Both the position numbers and the translations under genes were made by a program. Shown one piece after another: positions 53,724 through 62,268 of a stretch of DNA of 62,268 nucleotides. The notes under the pieces were generated by a model. That model was not told where the DNA came from. It did no database searches and was given only the letters and a program-made list of their open reading frames with translations. How positions within the stretch are numbered: the first letter of the stretch is position 1; each line of letters begins with the position of its first letter. The DNA comes from an uncultured Gammaproteobacteria bacterium (GTDB taxonomy: Bacteria > Patescibacteriota > Patescibacteriia > Patescibacteriales > UBA12465), in NCBI GenBank assembly GCA_964437025.1, contig CAYTEZ010000001.1, positions 1 through 62,268 of the forward strand, given 5' to 3'.

Positions 53724-55109
53724 ATGTCAGAGACAAAACAAAACACAATTGAAAAACTACCACCACAGAACATTGAAGCTGAGCAATCACTTTTAGGTTG
53801 TTTAATGTTGGATAAAGAAGCTATTTTTAGAGTGGTAGACATTTTAAATGCTGATGATTTCTATCATAATAGCCACAAACATATTTTTGAGGCGATGTTG
53901 GAATTATTCAATAGCCAAGAGCCGATAGATATTATTACCCTTTCTAATCGTCTGGAAGAAAAAAAGTTGATTAAAGATATTGGAGGCAGAACTTATCTAG
54001 CTCAATTATCAAATACTGTTGCAACCTCAGCTAATACTGTCTACTACGCTAATTTAATACAAAAGAAGGCTACTCTACGTCGCTTGCAGGTTTCGGCTAG
54101 CGAAATAATGGACATGAGCTTTGAAGAAGAAAGAGAAATTGATGAAATATTAGATCAAGCCGAGAAAAAAATATTTAGCGTTTCCAGAAAATACTTAAAG
54201 AATTCCTTTCTTGGTATTGATAGCTTGTTAACTGAAGCTTTTGAAAGAATTGATGAACTACATAAAAGAAGCGGTAACTTACGTGGTCTTTCTACTGGCT
54301 TCTATGATTTAGATAACTTACTGGCTGGATTACAAAAATCCGACTTATTAATTTTAGCTGCTCGTCCTAGTGTGGGAAAAACTTCTCTAGCCTTAGATAT
54401 TGCTCGTCAAGTAGCTATTAAAAATAAAGCGGGGGTTGGTATTTTCTCTTTAGAAATGGGCAAAGAACAATTAGTTGATAGAATGCTTTGTGCTCAAGCT
54501 AATGTTAATCTTTGGAAGATGAGAACTGGCAATCTATCAGATAAAGAAGAAGATAATGACTTTACTAAGATTGCTGAAGCTATGGGTTATTTATCCGAAG
54601 CTCCAATATATATTGATGACTCCCCTAACGTTTCAGTTATGGAAATTAGAGCTAAATGCCGTCGTTTGCAATCAGAAAAAGGTTTAGGTTTAATAGTTAT
54701 CGACTACTTACAGTTGATGGAAGGTCGAGGAAAATATAGCGACAATCGCGTTCAAGAAATTTCTGAGATTAGTCGTGGACTTAAAGGTATTGCCAGAGAA
54801 TTAAATATTCCAGTTTTAGCTTTAGCTCAGTTATCTAGAGCCGCTGAACAACAAACTGGACCATCTATTCCTCGCTTGTCTCATTTACGTGATTCTGGAT
54901 CTATTGAACAAGATGCTGATGTTGTTATGTTCATCTATCGTAAAGCAGCTGATAGAGCCTTTAACGTTAACGACCTACCAATTGACGAAAGATATAAAGC
55001 TGAAATTCATATAGCTAAACATCGTAACGGTCCAACTGGTAAAGTTGACCTATTCTTCTCTGAAGAAACCGCTAGTTTCAAAAATATCAGCAAACAACAA
55101 GACGAATAA
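53724..55109 (+). CDS. dnaB: replicative DNA helicase DnaB
   Basis: PPQNIEAEQSLLG, Walker A AARPSVGKTS, IVIDYLQLM, and the RecA-like C-terminal domain with SRGLKGIARELNIPVLALAQLSR. There is no intein. Confidence 0.95.
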   Translation: MSETKQNTIEKLPPQNIEAEQSLLGCLMLDKEAIFRVVDILNADDFYHNSHKHIFEAMLELFNSQEPIDIITLSNRLEEKKLIKDIGGRTYLAQLSNTVATSANTVYYANLIQKKATLRRLQVSASEIMDMSFEEEREIDEILDQAEKKIFSVSRKYLKNSFLGIDSLLTEAFERIDELHKRSGNLRGLSTGFYDLDNLLAGLQKSDLLILAARPSVGKTSLALDIARQVAIKNKAGVGIFSLEMGKEQLVDRMLCAQANVNLWKMRTGNLSDKEEDNDFTKIAEAMGYLSEAPIYIDDSPNVSVMEIRAKCRRLQSEKGLGLIVIDYLQLMEGRGKYSDNRVQEISEISRGLKGIARELNIPVLALAQLSRAAEQQTGPSIPRLSHLRDSGSIEQDADVVMFIYRKAADRAFNVNDLPIDERYKAEIHIAKHRNGPTGKVDLFFSEETASFKNISKQQDE

Positions 55110-55139
55110 TTATTATAATTTAATTAATATCAAAAAATT

Positions 55140-55415
55140 ATGTTCAACAAATTAAAACAGTTAAAAGATTTAAAAAGCCAAGCTAAGGTTATGCAAGATG
55201 CTTTGTCAGGCGAAAAAGTAGAATTAGAAAAAAATGGTGTCAGAATGGTTATGAATGGTAATATGGAAGTAACCGAATTAACAGCTAGCGGTGATATCAG
55301 CAAAGAAGAAGTGGCTAGAATTTGCAAAGAATTATTTAATGATTCAATTAAAAAAATCCAAAGAATAATGGCTAAAAAAATGCAAGAAATGGGTGGCTTT
55401 CCTGGATTAAACTAA
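55140..55415 (+). CDS. ybaB: YbaB/EbfC-family nucleoid-associated protein
   Basis: 91 aa with MFNKLKQLKDLKSQAKVMQDAL at the N-terminus. It sits in the classic ybaB-recR pairing. Confidence 0.85.
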   Translation: MFNKLKQLKDLKSQAKVMQDALSGEKVELEKNGVRMVMNGNMEVTELTASGDISKEEVARICKELFNDSIKKIQRIMAKKMQEMGGFPGLN

Positions 55416-55419
55416 AACC

Positions 55420-56037
55420 ATGCCTATCAACTACCCTAAATCAATAGAAAACATTATTAAGCAATTCTCTCTATTGCCTGGGGTTGGTCGTAAAACAGCT
55501 GAACGTTATGCTTTCTATTTACTAAAACAAAAACCAGAACAGATAAAATTATTTGCCAAATACTTAAATGAAATGCCAGATAACTTTAAGTTCTGCCAAA
55601 AATGTTTTGCCCTATCAGAACAGAGCATCTGCTCCATTTGTTCTGATAATAAAAGACTAAACAACACCCTATGTATCGTAGCTAATTTCCAGGACTTAAT
55701 AGCCCTAGAAAACACTAAGCAATACCAAGGAAAATATTTTGTTTTAGGCGGACTCATCAATACCATTGATGACCTAGGGCCAGATAAGTTAAACATCAAA
55801 GCTTTAGTCAAAGAGGTAAATGAAAAATTAAAAACAGAAAAAAGTTTAGAAATAATTTTAGCCCTATCCCCTACCATGGAAGGAGAATCAACTTCACTTT
55901 ATTTACAAAAAATTCTAAAAAATTCAAAAATAAAAATTAGTAAATTAGCCAGAGGCCTGTCAACCGGTGCTAGTCTGGAATATGCTGATGAAAATACCCT
56001 ATCCTATGCTTTGAAATTTAGAGGCAAAATTCAATAA
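55420..56037 (+). CDS. recR: recombination protein RecR
   Basis: LPGVGRKTAERYAFYLL (HhH), a C4 zinc finger CQKCFALSEQSICSICSD, and a Toprim domain. Confidence 0.93.
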   Translation: MPINYPKSIENIIKQFSLLPGVGRKTAERYAFYLLKQKPEQIKLFAKYLNEMPDNFKFCQKCFALSEQSICSICSDNKRLNNTLCIVANFQDLIALENTKQYQGKYFVLGGLINTIDDLGPDKLNIKALVKEVNEKLKTEKSLEIILALSPTMEGESTSLYLQKILKNSKIKISKLARGLSTGASLEYADENTLSYALKFRGKIQ

Positions 56038-56051
56038 CAAATCACAATAAC

Positions 56052-56084
56052 AAAAAACAGAGTAATTAATTACTCTGTTTTTTT
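56052..56084. terminator. bidirectional intrinsic terminator between recR and rplU
   Basis: AAAAAACAGAGTAATT / AATTACTCTGTTTTTT is a perfect 16-nt palindrome pair with an A-run and a T-run. Confidence 0.7.
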
Positions 56085-56100
56085 ATACTTATATAGATAA

Positions 56101-56412
56101 CTATATTTTGTTGATTTTTACCTTAGTAAATTCTTGACGGTGACCAACACTCTTTTTATAACGAGTCTTGTTCTTGTATTTTACTACTAAGACCTTTTTT
56201 CCTTGACCTTCTTCTAAAACTTCAGCCTCAACCTTTTCACCTAAAGATGGTTGGCCTAACTCCATAGTACTACCATCGGTCTCAGCTATTAACAAAGTGT
56301 CAAATTTTACCTTTTTTCCGGCCTCAACTGAAAGTTTTTCAACCTTTAAGATCTCACCTTCCTTAACCTTGTATTGTTTACCTCCGGTTTTAATTACTGC
56401 AATTTTTGCCAT
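56101..56412 (-). CDS. rplU: 50S ribosomal protein L21
   Basis: MAKIAVIKTGGKQYKVKEGEILKVEKL and GHRQEFTKVKI. Confidence 0.93.
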   Translation of the reverse strand: MAKIAVIKTGGKQYKVKEGEILKVEKLSVEAGKKVKFDTLLIAETDGSTMELGQPSLGEKVEAEVLEEGQGKKVLVVKYKNKTRYKKSVGHRQEFTKVKINKI

Positions 56413-56443
56413 ATTTTTCTTTTTATTTATATTTAATAATCCT

Positions 56444-56471
56444 ATAATACCAAACTATCCATAATTGTCAA
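56444..56471 (-). promoter_or_regulatory. putative rplU promoter
   Basis: The minus strand reads TTGACA (56466-56471), a 16-nt spacer, then TATTAT (56444-56449). Confidence 0.45.
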
Positions 56472-56489
56472 TAGATATTAACAAATTCA

Positions 56490-56909
56490 TCAATATCTCC
56501 CTTTTTTATAAACAAAAAAGCGATAAAGAACAAAATTCCAGGTAGTGGCAAAAATAATATTTGCTATTCTAACTATCAAATAATTTTCATGCAAAAAGAC
56601 AGCAAAAAACCACATCCAGGCTATGGAGATAAGATAATTAAAAAAAGCTAATTGGCAATATCTTATTGCCTGCCTCAAAAAATCATCCCTAATTTTGAAA
56701 ACAAAAAACTTATTTAGAAAAAAAACATAGTTATAAATAACAATCTGGTTTAAAACGACTGACAAAACTGGAGAAAAGTTTAAACATTCCTTTAAAAATG
56801 ATAACAGCAATAAATCAATTAAAACAGAACTAGATCCAACCAAAAGATACCCCACAAATTCTTTTTTAGAAATTTTATCTAATATTTTTTTAATTTTATT
56901 TTTCTTCAC
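56490..56909 (-). CDS. GtrA-family membrane protein
   Basis: 139 aa with four TM helices. [20 protein letters not shown] and [13 protein letters not shown] are GtrA hallmarks. Confidence 0.8.
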   Translation of the reverse strand: MKKNKIKKILDKISKKEFVGYLLVGSSSVLIDLLLLSFLKECLNFSPVLSVVLNQIVIYNYVFFLNKFFVFKIRDDFLRQAIRYCQLAFFNYLISIAWMWFFAVFLHENYLIVRIANIIFATTWNFVLYRFFVYKKGRY

Positions 56910-58377
56910 AATATTTTTCTTCTGTATTAATTTTCCACAAATTATCTTTGCTTTTTACTCCATTAATAATATTATCAGCTGCCAGTAATCCCGTTAGAAT
57001 AGAATGGTCCATATTATTATAACGATGCATGCCATTCCTTCCTATTAAAAATAAATTTTCAAACCCATCAACAAAATTTTTAACTACATCAAATTGATTA
57101 TACGAACCAAAATAAGCCGGATAAGCTTTAGGAACCCTAAGTACTATATAATCCAATAGATCTTCAGAATCTATTAAATTAATTTTTGCTAATTCCTCCA
57201 CGGCAAAGGTTTTGATCGCGTTGTCAGTTTTTTTCCAAAATTCATCATCCTCATTACAAAAGTATTCCGCCCCTAGCCAAACTGAATTTTTATCTCTTAA
57301 CATTTCTTTACTAAAATTATTAAAAACATCTAATCTACCCATTTTTATATCCCGTTCTTGAATATATAACCAATTATCTGGAATAATATGATTTTTAGTG
57401 TTTATTTTATTTTTATTAAGTTTAAGCATTCTTTTAAACAACACCCCAACAATAATATAATCCCTATACACCAACCCGCTAGCAATTTTTTTTACCTCCG
57501 AAGCAGAATCCTCCATTTGATTAATTAAGTCTAAAACAGGCATACTTGATAAAAAGTAATCAGCTTTTATTTCTTGAGTTAAATTATTTTTATTCTTCAC
57601 GGTTACTGATTTTATTTGGCCACACTCACTCTGTAGGCTGATAACTTCCTGATTTAAATAAATCTTTCCACCATTTTTAATAATCTGCTCAGCCATCTCT
57701 TCATACATTTGGCCAGAGCCAAGAGAAGGATAAAAGAATTCTTCAATCAAACTAGTTTCATCTATTTGATTAGCTTTAAATATTTTTTTAAAAAAATGAG
57801 CTAGAGCCTTCGAAATAGACATGTTTTTAACGCGTTGCACACCCCAGTCACGAGGAATTTGGGAGCAAGGCACACCCCAAACTTTTTCAGTGTAATCTTT
57901 AAAAAAAGTTAAATATAATTCTCTGCCAAAACGATTAATAAAAAAGTCTTTAAGAGAGCTCTCGTTTTTAATTGGCCATAATTTAACACTCAAATAACTA
58001 AAAAAAATTTTTACTATTCTTTTAACACCTAAATTTTTAAGAGTACCCATATTCAAGCTGATTGGATAATCAAAAAATTTTTTTAAAAACAAAATTCTAG
58101 TCAAACGGCTGACCCTTAAAAGCTCTTTTCTATGATTAGTGGTTTGGCTGGCTAACGGCAATATTTCTTGCCACAAATCATTAACTCTCTTAATCTTTGA
58201 AAAAAAACGATGAGGCCCAATATCAAGACGATTGCCATTGTAAACCACGGTTTTAGATATACCACCGACCTGACTATCACGTTCAATGATGATAGGCTTA
58301 ATATCTGACTTTTTAATTAATTCATAGGCCGCAGCCAATCCAGCTGGCCCAGCTCCTATTATCAAAACATTCTTCAT
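56896..58377 (-). CDS. FAD/NAD(P)-binding flavoenzyme, UDP-galactopyranose-mutase-like
   Basis: N-terminal dinucleotide fold [17 protein letters not shown]. The C-terminal [17 protein letters not shown] resembles the GR-x-x-x-Y-x-Y-x-x-MD motif of Glf/UGM. It overlaps both neighbours (14 nt and 4 nt). The substrate is not determinable. Confidence 0.65.
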   Translation of the reverse strand: MKNVLIIGAGPAGLAAAYELIKKSDIKPIIIERDSQVGGISKTVVYNGNRLDIGPHRFFSKIKRVNDLWQEILPLASQTTNHRKELLRVSRLTRILFLKKFFDYPISLNMGTLKNLGVKRIVKIFFSYLSVKLWPIKNESSLKDFFINRFGRELYLTFFKDYTEKVWGVPCSQIPRDWGVQRVKNMSISKALAHFFKKIFKANQIDETSLIEEFFYPSLGSGQMYEEMAEQIIKNGGKIYLNQEVISLQSECGQIKSVTVKNKNNLTQEIKADYFLSSMPVLDLINQMEDSASEVKKIASGLVYRDYIIVGVLFKRMLKLNKNKINTKNHIIPDNWLYIQERDIKMGRLDVFNNFSKEMLRDKNSVWLGAEYFCNEDDEFWKKTDNAIKTFAVEELAKINLIDSEDLLDYIVLRVPKAYPAYFGSYNQFDVVKNFVDGFENLFLIGRNGMHRYNNMDHSILTGLLAADNIINGVKSKDNLWKINTEEKYCEEK

Positions 58378-59624
58378 ATCTTACTAGAAAAAATAATTAA
58401 ATAAATGTTTAACAAGGTTGATAAAATTACTAAAATTTTAAAGCCGCTCTTTAATTTTTTGTTTTCAGAAAAGTAGCTCAACATTAAGGATAAAAACAAT
58501 AAAGGAAAAAAATCGAGAGAATAACGAAACCCAAATTGGACATACCCACTAAAAAAAGAAAATATAATAACAAAATAAATTAACAAAGAAGTAAATATTA
58601 ATAAATAATTAATTTTTTCTCTGCTTTTTAAAATAAAAAGTAAAACTAAATAAGGTGAGGTAAAAAACATACTCATCCCCCAAGGATTTATTTTTATAAA
58701 AGGAAATAACAACAAGTGTGTCTCCGAAGAAAAAACTGGCATAGGAAAACTTAATAAAGAATAATAAAGGCCACGAAAAAAATACCTAAAATTAAACAAA
58801 CCATAAGTTTCTCTATCTAAAACAAAATCGGAAGAAAGAATTTGCCCCAAATATCCCTGATCAAAAAAATTTCCGAAACGAAAATAATTATACAATAATA
58901 AAAGCAACAAAGTAAAAATTGGGAAAATTGAAATTTTAATAATTTGTTTTACTTTTTTCTTGAAACTGTAATTTTTGGACAAAAGAATATCTCCAACAAA
59001 AAAAATAATAGCAAAAAAGGCCGTAACCCTAGTAAGCAAAACAAAACCCATTAACAAACCAATTAGCCAAAATCTTTTTTTATTTAAATATTCAAAGAGG
59101 GCCAACAAAAGCAGAGAAACCGAGACCACATGAGCAAAAAAACTACTGTGAGAAGAAAAAACTATACCAGCAAAAGCCGAAGCAAACACAAAAGCCATCG
59201 ACCAATAAGAGGCATCTTTGCTGTTAAACCCAATTTTTTTTGCTATTTTAAAAATCAGAAAAAAAATTAATAATACTAAACAAAAGTTAACTAAATTTTG
59301 AATAAAAAAAATTGGTAAACCAAGAAAAATAAAGATCAACAGAAAAGGAATTAAAATAACGGCAGGAAATGGACCTAGCGGATAATAATACTTATCATTA
59401 AAAAAAACATTATCTGTTATTGCCCTGTTGTAAAAAGAGTTTTCTAAAAAGTACATTTTTCCACCAATAAAAGAACGGGCTAGCTCTAAGAATTGATCAG
59501 CATGGGGGAGGAGAAATAAAAAAATCAAAGAAATAAAAAAACAAAAGAAAATAAAATATAGCAAAAAAATATTTTCTATTTTCTCTTTTAAAAAAAGTCT
59601 CTTTATTTCTTTTAAATTAATCAT
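58374..59624 (-). CDS. polytopic membrane protein, putative GT-C-fold glycosyltransferase
   Basis: 416 aa with about 11 TM helices. The first extracytoplasmic loop carries D/Y-rich [30 protein letters not shown]. The call rests on architecture and operon context. Confidence 0.5.
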   Translation of the reverse strand: MINLKEIKRLFLKEKIENIFLLYFIFFCFFISLIFLFLLPHADQFLELARSFIGGKMYFLENSFYNRAITDNVFFNDKYYYPLGPFPAVILIPFLLIFIFLGLPIFFIQNLVNFCLVLLIFFLIFKIAKKIGFNSKDASYWSMAFVFASAFAGIVFSSHSSFFAHVVSVSLLLLALFEYLNKKRFWLIGLLMGFVLLTRVTAFFAIIFFVGDILLSKNYSFKKKVKQIIKISIFPIFTLLLLLLYNYFRFGNFFDQGYLGQILSSDFVLDRETYGLFNFRYFFRGLYYSLLSFPMPVFSSETHLLLFPFIKINPWGMSMFFTSPYLVLLFILKSREKINYLLIFTSLLIYFVIIFSFFSGYVQFGFRYSLDFFPLLFLSLMLSYFSENKKLKSGFKILVILSTLLNIYLIIFSSKI

Positions 59625-59636
59625 TTTATAAAAATT

Positions 59637-60896
59637 TTACTCAACTCGAGAAATATCAGCCCCTAGTTTTCTAAGTCTTTCATCAATCTTTTCATATCCC
59701 CTATCAATTTGATAGATATTGTCTATTTCTGTGCTACCTTTAGCTATCAAAGCAGCAATAACCAAGCCAATGCCAGCTCTAATATCAGGACTAATTAACT
59801 TTTTACCATATAGCTTGCTAGGACCGGTAACTACAACACGATGTGGATCACACATGGTAATATTAGCTCCCATTTGGGATAACATATCAGTCCAAATTAA
59901 ACGACGGTCATAAATTGTCTCATGAATCAAAGAATTACCCTTAGCTTGAGTCATAAGCACAACATAAGGTGACTGCAAGTCAGTTGGAAAGCCTGGATAT
60001 TCATGAGTTTGAATATCATATGGTTTTAAAGCAGCACTCTTCTTCATCTTAATCCAAGTTTTTCCAGTTTCAAAATTAACCCCAATCTTTTTAAAGATTG
60101 TTAACAGAACAGAGATATTTTCTGGATCACAATTAGTAATTGTAATTTCGGAATTAGTAGCAGCGGCCATAATAGCAAAAGATCCAGTTTCAATTCTATC
60201 TGGCATAATTTTAATACTACCGCCTTTTAATTTCTTAACTCCAGTGATAACAATAGTTGGAGTACCAGCGCCAGAAATTTTAGCTCCACAACGATTTAGG
60301 TAATCAGCTAAATATTTAATTTCTGGTTCCATGGCGCAATTTCTCAAAGTAGTCTTCCCTTCAATTAAACAAGCAGTCATCATCAAACTTTCAGTTCCAG
60401 TAACTGAAACCTTAGGAAAGAAAAAATCACAACCTTTTAATTTATCAGCATAAATATAGTAAGAGCGTTCTTCCTCTTTAATTTTAGCACCAAAGGCCAA
60501 AAAACCATCAATAAACAAATCAATTGGACGACCACCAGCACCAATAACGCAACCTCCAGGATGAGGAAAACGAACTTTTTTAAAACGAGCTAAAAGTGGG
60601 CCAACAAACATAATAGAAGTTCTAAACTTATCAGCTAGTTTAGGTGGCAAATCAGTAGTATTAGCTTTTTTAGCTTCAATAATAGTTTTACCGTTAGCAG
60701 TAGTAACAGAAAAACCTAGCTCTTCTACCAATTGCAAAGATTTAAAAATATCTTCAATCTTTGGTAAATTATCAATTATCATTTTTTCTGAAGAAAGTAG
60801 TGCTGCCGGGATAACTTTTAAAGCTAAGTTTTTAGCTCCACCAACTTTTATCTCTCCCTTCAAAGGTTTTTGTCCATTTATCAAAAATTTTGCCAT
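59637..60896 (-). CDS. murA: UDP-N-acetylglucosamine 1-carboxyvinyltransferase
   Basis: KGEIKVGGAKNLALKVIPAALL, the catalytic loop PGGCVIGAGGRPIDL, and C-terminal YQIDRGYEKIDERLRKLGA. Confidence 0.95.
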   Translation of the reverse strand: MAKFLINGQKPLKGEIKVGGAKNLALKVIPAALLSSEKMIIDNLPKIEDIFKSLQLVEELGFSVTTANGKTIIEAKKANTTDLPPKLADKFRTSIMFVGPLLARFKKVRFPHPGGCVIGAGGRPIDLFIDGFLAFGAKIKEEERSYYIYADKLKGCDFFFPKVSVTGTESLMMTACLIEGKTTLRNCAMEPEIKYLADYLNRCGAKISGAGTPTIVITGVKKLKGGSIKIMPDRIETGSFAIMAAATNSEITITNCDPENISVLLTIFKKIGVNFETGKTWIKMKKSAALKPYDIQTHEYPGFPTDLQSPYVVLMTQAKGNSLIHETIYDRRLIWTDMLSQMGANITMCDPHRVVVTGPSKLYGKKLISPDIRAGIGLVIAALIAKGSTEIDNIYQIDRGYEKIDERLRKLGADISRVE

Positions 60897-60907
60897 AAAA
60901 TTTTATT

Positions 60908-62245
60908 TTATTTTATAAGTAATTTAAATAATCCTTCTTGACTGCCAATCTTTCCTGAAAAATACAACACTCCCCCCAAACGATCTAAAACTAAATTAGA
61001 AATTGCATCTAAGGCAACTAGATTAACTGAATTTTTTTCATATTTTAAATCAAAAACTGTTAGACTGTTTTGGGTAGAATAAATAATATAATTATTAGGA
61101 TGCCAAACAACGCTAGTTATCTTATTCTCCAAACGAGTAACCAAACTTTTATCAGCTAAAACTGAGTTAAAAGTAAATATTTCAAAATCAGTGAAATAAA
61201 CTAAACTATTATTATCAATGAAGTTAAAGCCTTTTACTCCTTCAATGGTAGCCCAAACAGAATTTAAACGTGAGCTCAAATTAATAACATAAATATTATT
61301 CCAATCTTTATTATAAATATAAACAAAAGGAGAAGAACCAGTAAGCGGTAAAATTTCATAAGAATCTGAAGCTGGCAAAATAAACTCACGGTACAATTCT
61401 TGGTTCTTGTAGTAATAAGCCTTTAGAGAATAAACATTCTCATTTTTTTCTACTAAATAATAAAAATTATTATAGAATTCAAAATCAATAATTTTAGAAC
61501 GAGAAAAAATTGTTTTAGGCTCTTCTTTAGACAAACCAGACATTTTTAATTCTCTATCATCTTTTATATAATACAAATCTTTATTTCTAACCTTAACTTT
61601 ACTATAAATAGCCTTAACATTCTCTGGCCAATCAATATACTTTTTCTTGCTATAATCGAAAATTATTCCTCCATTTAATAACATCTTTTGGGCACCAATA
61701 AATTCAGCTGAAGTAACCTGATCCATTAATTTGTCTGTCTGTTCATCCTCTAAATCAACCAAGGTTTTATCATTTTCTAATAAAACTTTTTGGTAATTAG
61801 GATCAAGAGAAATTTTTTGTGAAGCGGAAGGATAAAAAAGGGCTGGTAAATTTTTTTGGAACAAAACAATATCTTCTAAATAGGTTGATTGTCCTGGATA
61901 AATATTTATTTTCTGCTCAAAAGTCCAATAACCATCCATTTCTAAGCGTAAAAGATATTCTCCAGGTAATAAGTTCTTTATCTTATACGGAGTCTTTATC
62001 ACCTTATTCTTCAAAACATTATTATCAAAAAACAAACCTCTAAATTGACGCTCTAAAACTACTTTGGCTCCTTTGGGGGTTGAATCTAAGATTAATATAC
62101 CGGTTTTTTGTACTGGCATTTGACCTTTTAGAAAACTATCAACTGACAAACGATAACCACTAGCATACAAAGAAAAAATAGTGGTTAGAATTATAAACAC
62201 ACCAACAAAAGAGAAAAATAAAATGTTACGAAAACGATATGACAT
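60908..62245 (-). CDS. membrane-anchored PEGA-domain protein with a C-terminal repeat-rich (beta-propeller-like) region
   Basis: TM ILFFSFVGVFIILTTIFSLYA. The PEGA-like module is LILDSTPKGAKVVLE...TPYKIKNLLPGEYLLRLEMDGYWTFEQKINIYPGQ. Confidence 0.65.
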   Translation of the reverse strand: MSYRFRNILFFSFVGVFIILTTIFSLYASGYRLSVDSFLKGQMPVQKTGILILDSTPKGAKVVLERQFRGLFFDNNVLKNKVIKTPYKIKNLLPGEYLLRLEMDGYWTFEQKINIYPGQSTYLEDIVLFQKNLPALFYPSASQKISLDPNYQKVLLENDKTLVDLEDEQTDKLMDQVTSAEFIGAQKMLLNGGIIFDYSKKKYIDWPENVKAIYSKVKVRNKDLYYIKDDRELKMSGLSKEEPKTIFSRSKIIDFEFYNNFYYLVEKNENVYSLKAYYYKNQELYREFILPASDSYEILPLTGSSPFVYIYNKDWNNIYVINLSSRLNSVWATIEGVKGFNFIDNNSLVYFTDFEIFTFNSVLADKSLVTRLENKITSVVWHPNNYIIYSTQNSLTVFDLKYEKNSVNLVALDAISNLVLDRLGGVLYFSGKIGSQEGLFKLLIK

Positions 62246-62268
62246 TTTTTTAAAATTTAATACTAAAG

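Noticed and set aside
53572-53790. 72-aa minus-strand ORF.
   Set aside because: It overlaps tRNA-Lys, both divergent promoters and the 5' end of dnaB. It has no coding signal of its own.
1-62268. Alternative genetic code with UGA recoded, as in some candidate phyla.
   Set aside because: Well-supported genes end at TGA (for example 9362-9364 and 10727-10729). In addition, all conserved proteins translate uninterrupted with the standard code.

Overview
This is a very AT-rich bacterial chromosomal segment, roughly 30% G+C by eye, tightly packed and mostly transcribed on the minus strand. Gene content points to a reduced-genome, monoderm-like lineage such as Patescibacteria/CPR. The evidence is a pilin-like protein with a FISUMP domain, a pyruvate kinase lacking its C-terminal domain, a ProRS without the editing domain, many glycosyltransferases, and a MacAB-type pump with no outer-membrane partner. 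This lineage call is an inference, not something the sequence proves. The standard genetic code appears to apply, because TGA is used as a stop.

Housekeeping genes: hisS, proS, ileS, prfA-prmC, rpmE, rplU, dnaB, ybaB-recR, ruvA, rarA, murA, pyk, htpX, lemA, an mtaB-like gene, tRNA-Thr(UGU) and tRNA-Lys(UUU).

Cell shape and envelope genes: mreBCD plus a second solo mreB, rmlABCD, one GT2 and three GT4 glycosyltransferases, DUF2304, DUF3048, and a GtrA / UGM-like flavoenzyme / GT-C operon.

Transport and signalling genes: HlyD plus an ABC ATPase plus two FtsX-type permeases, a P-type ATPase, a CNNM/TlyC protein, an orphan receiver and an orphan sensor-less histidine kinase.

Three accessory regions stand out:
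1. 48.7-51.3 kb holds two duplicated promoter-leader-gene-terminator cassettes. Together they encode four copies of a ~165-aa domain I cannot place.
2. 10.7-14.2 kb is a five-gene minus-strand operon. It starts with an MNT/HEPN pair and continues with a protein carrying a YkuD/Tlde1-like S-x-G-C motif, a membrane-anchored Cys-containing protein and a helical protein.
3. 39.7-40.7 kb is an orphan XRE/ImmA module with a palindromic operator over its own -10.

No CRISPR array, rRNA gene, transposase or integrase was seen.
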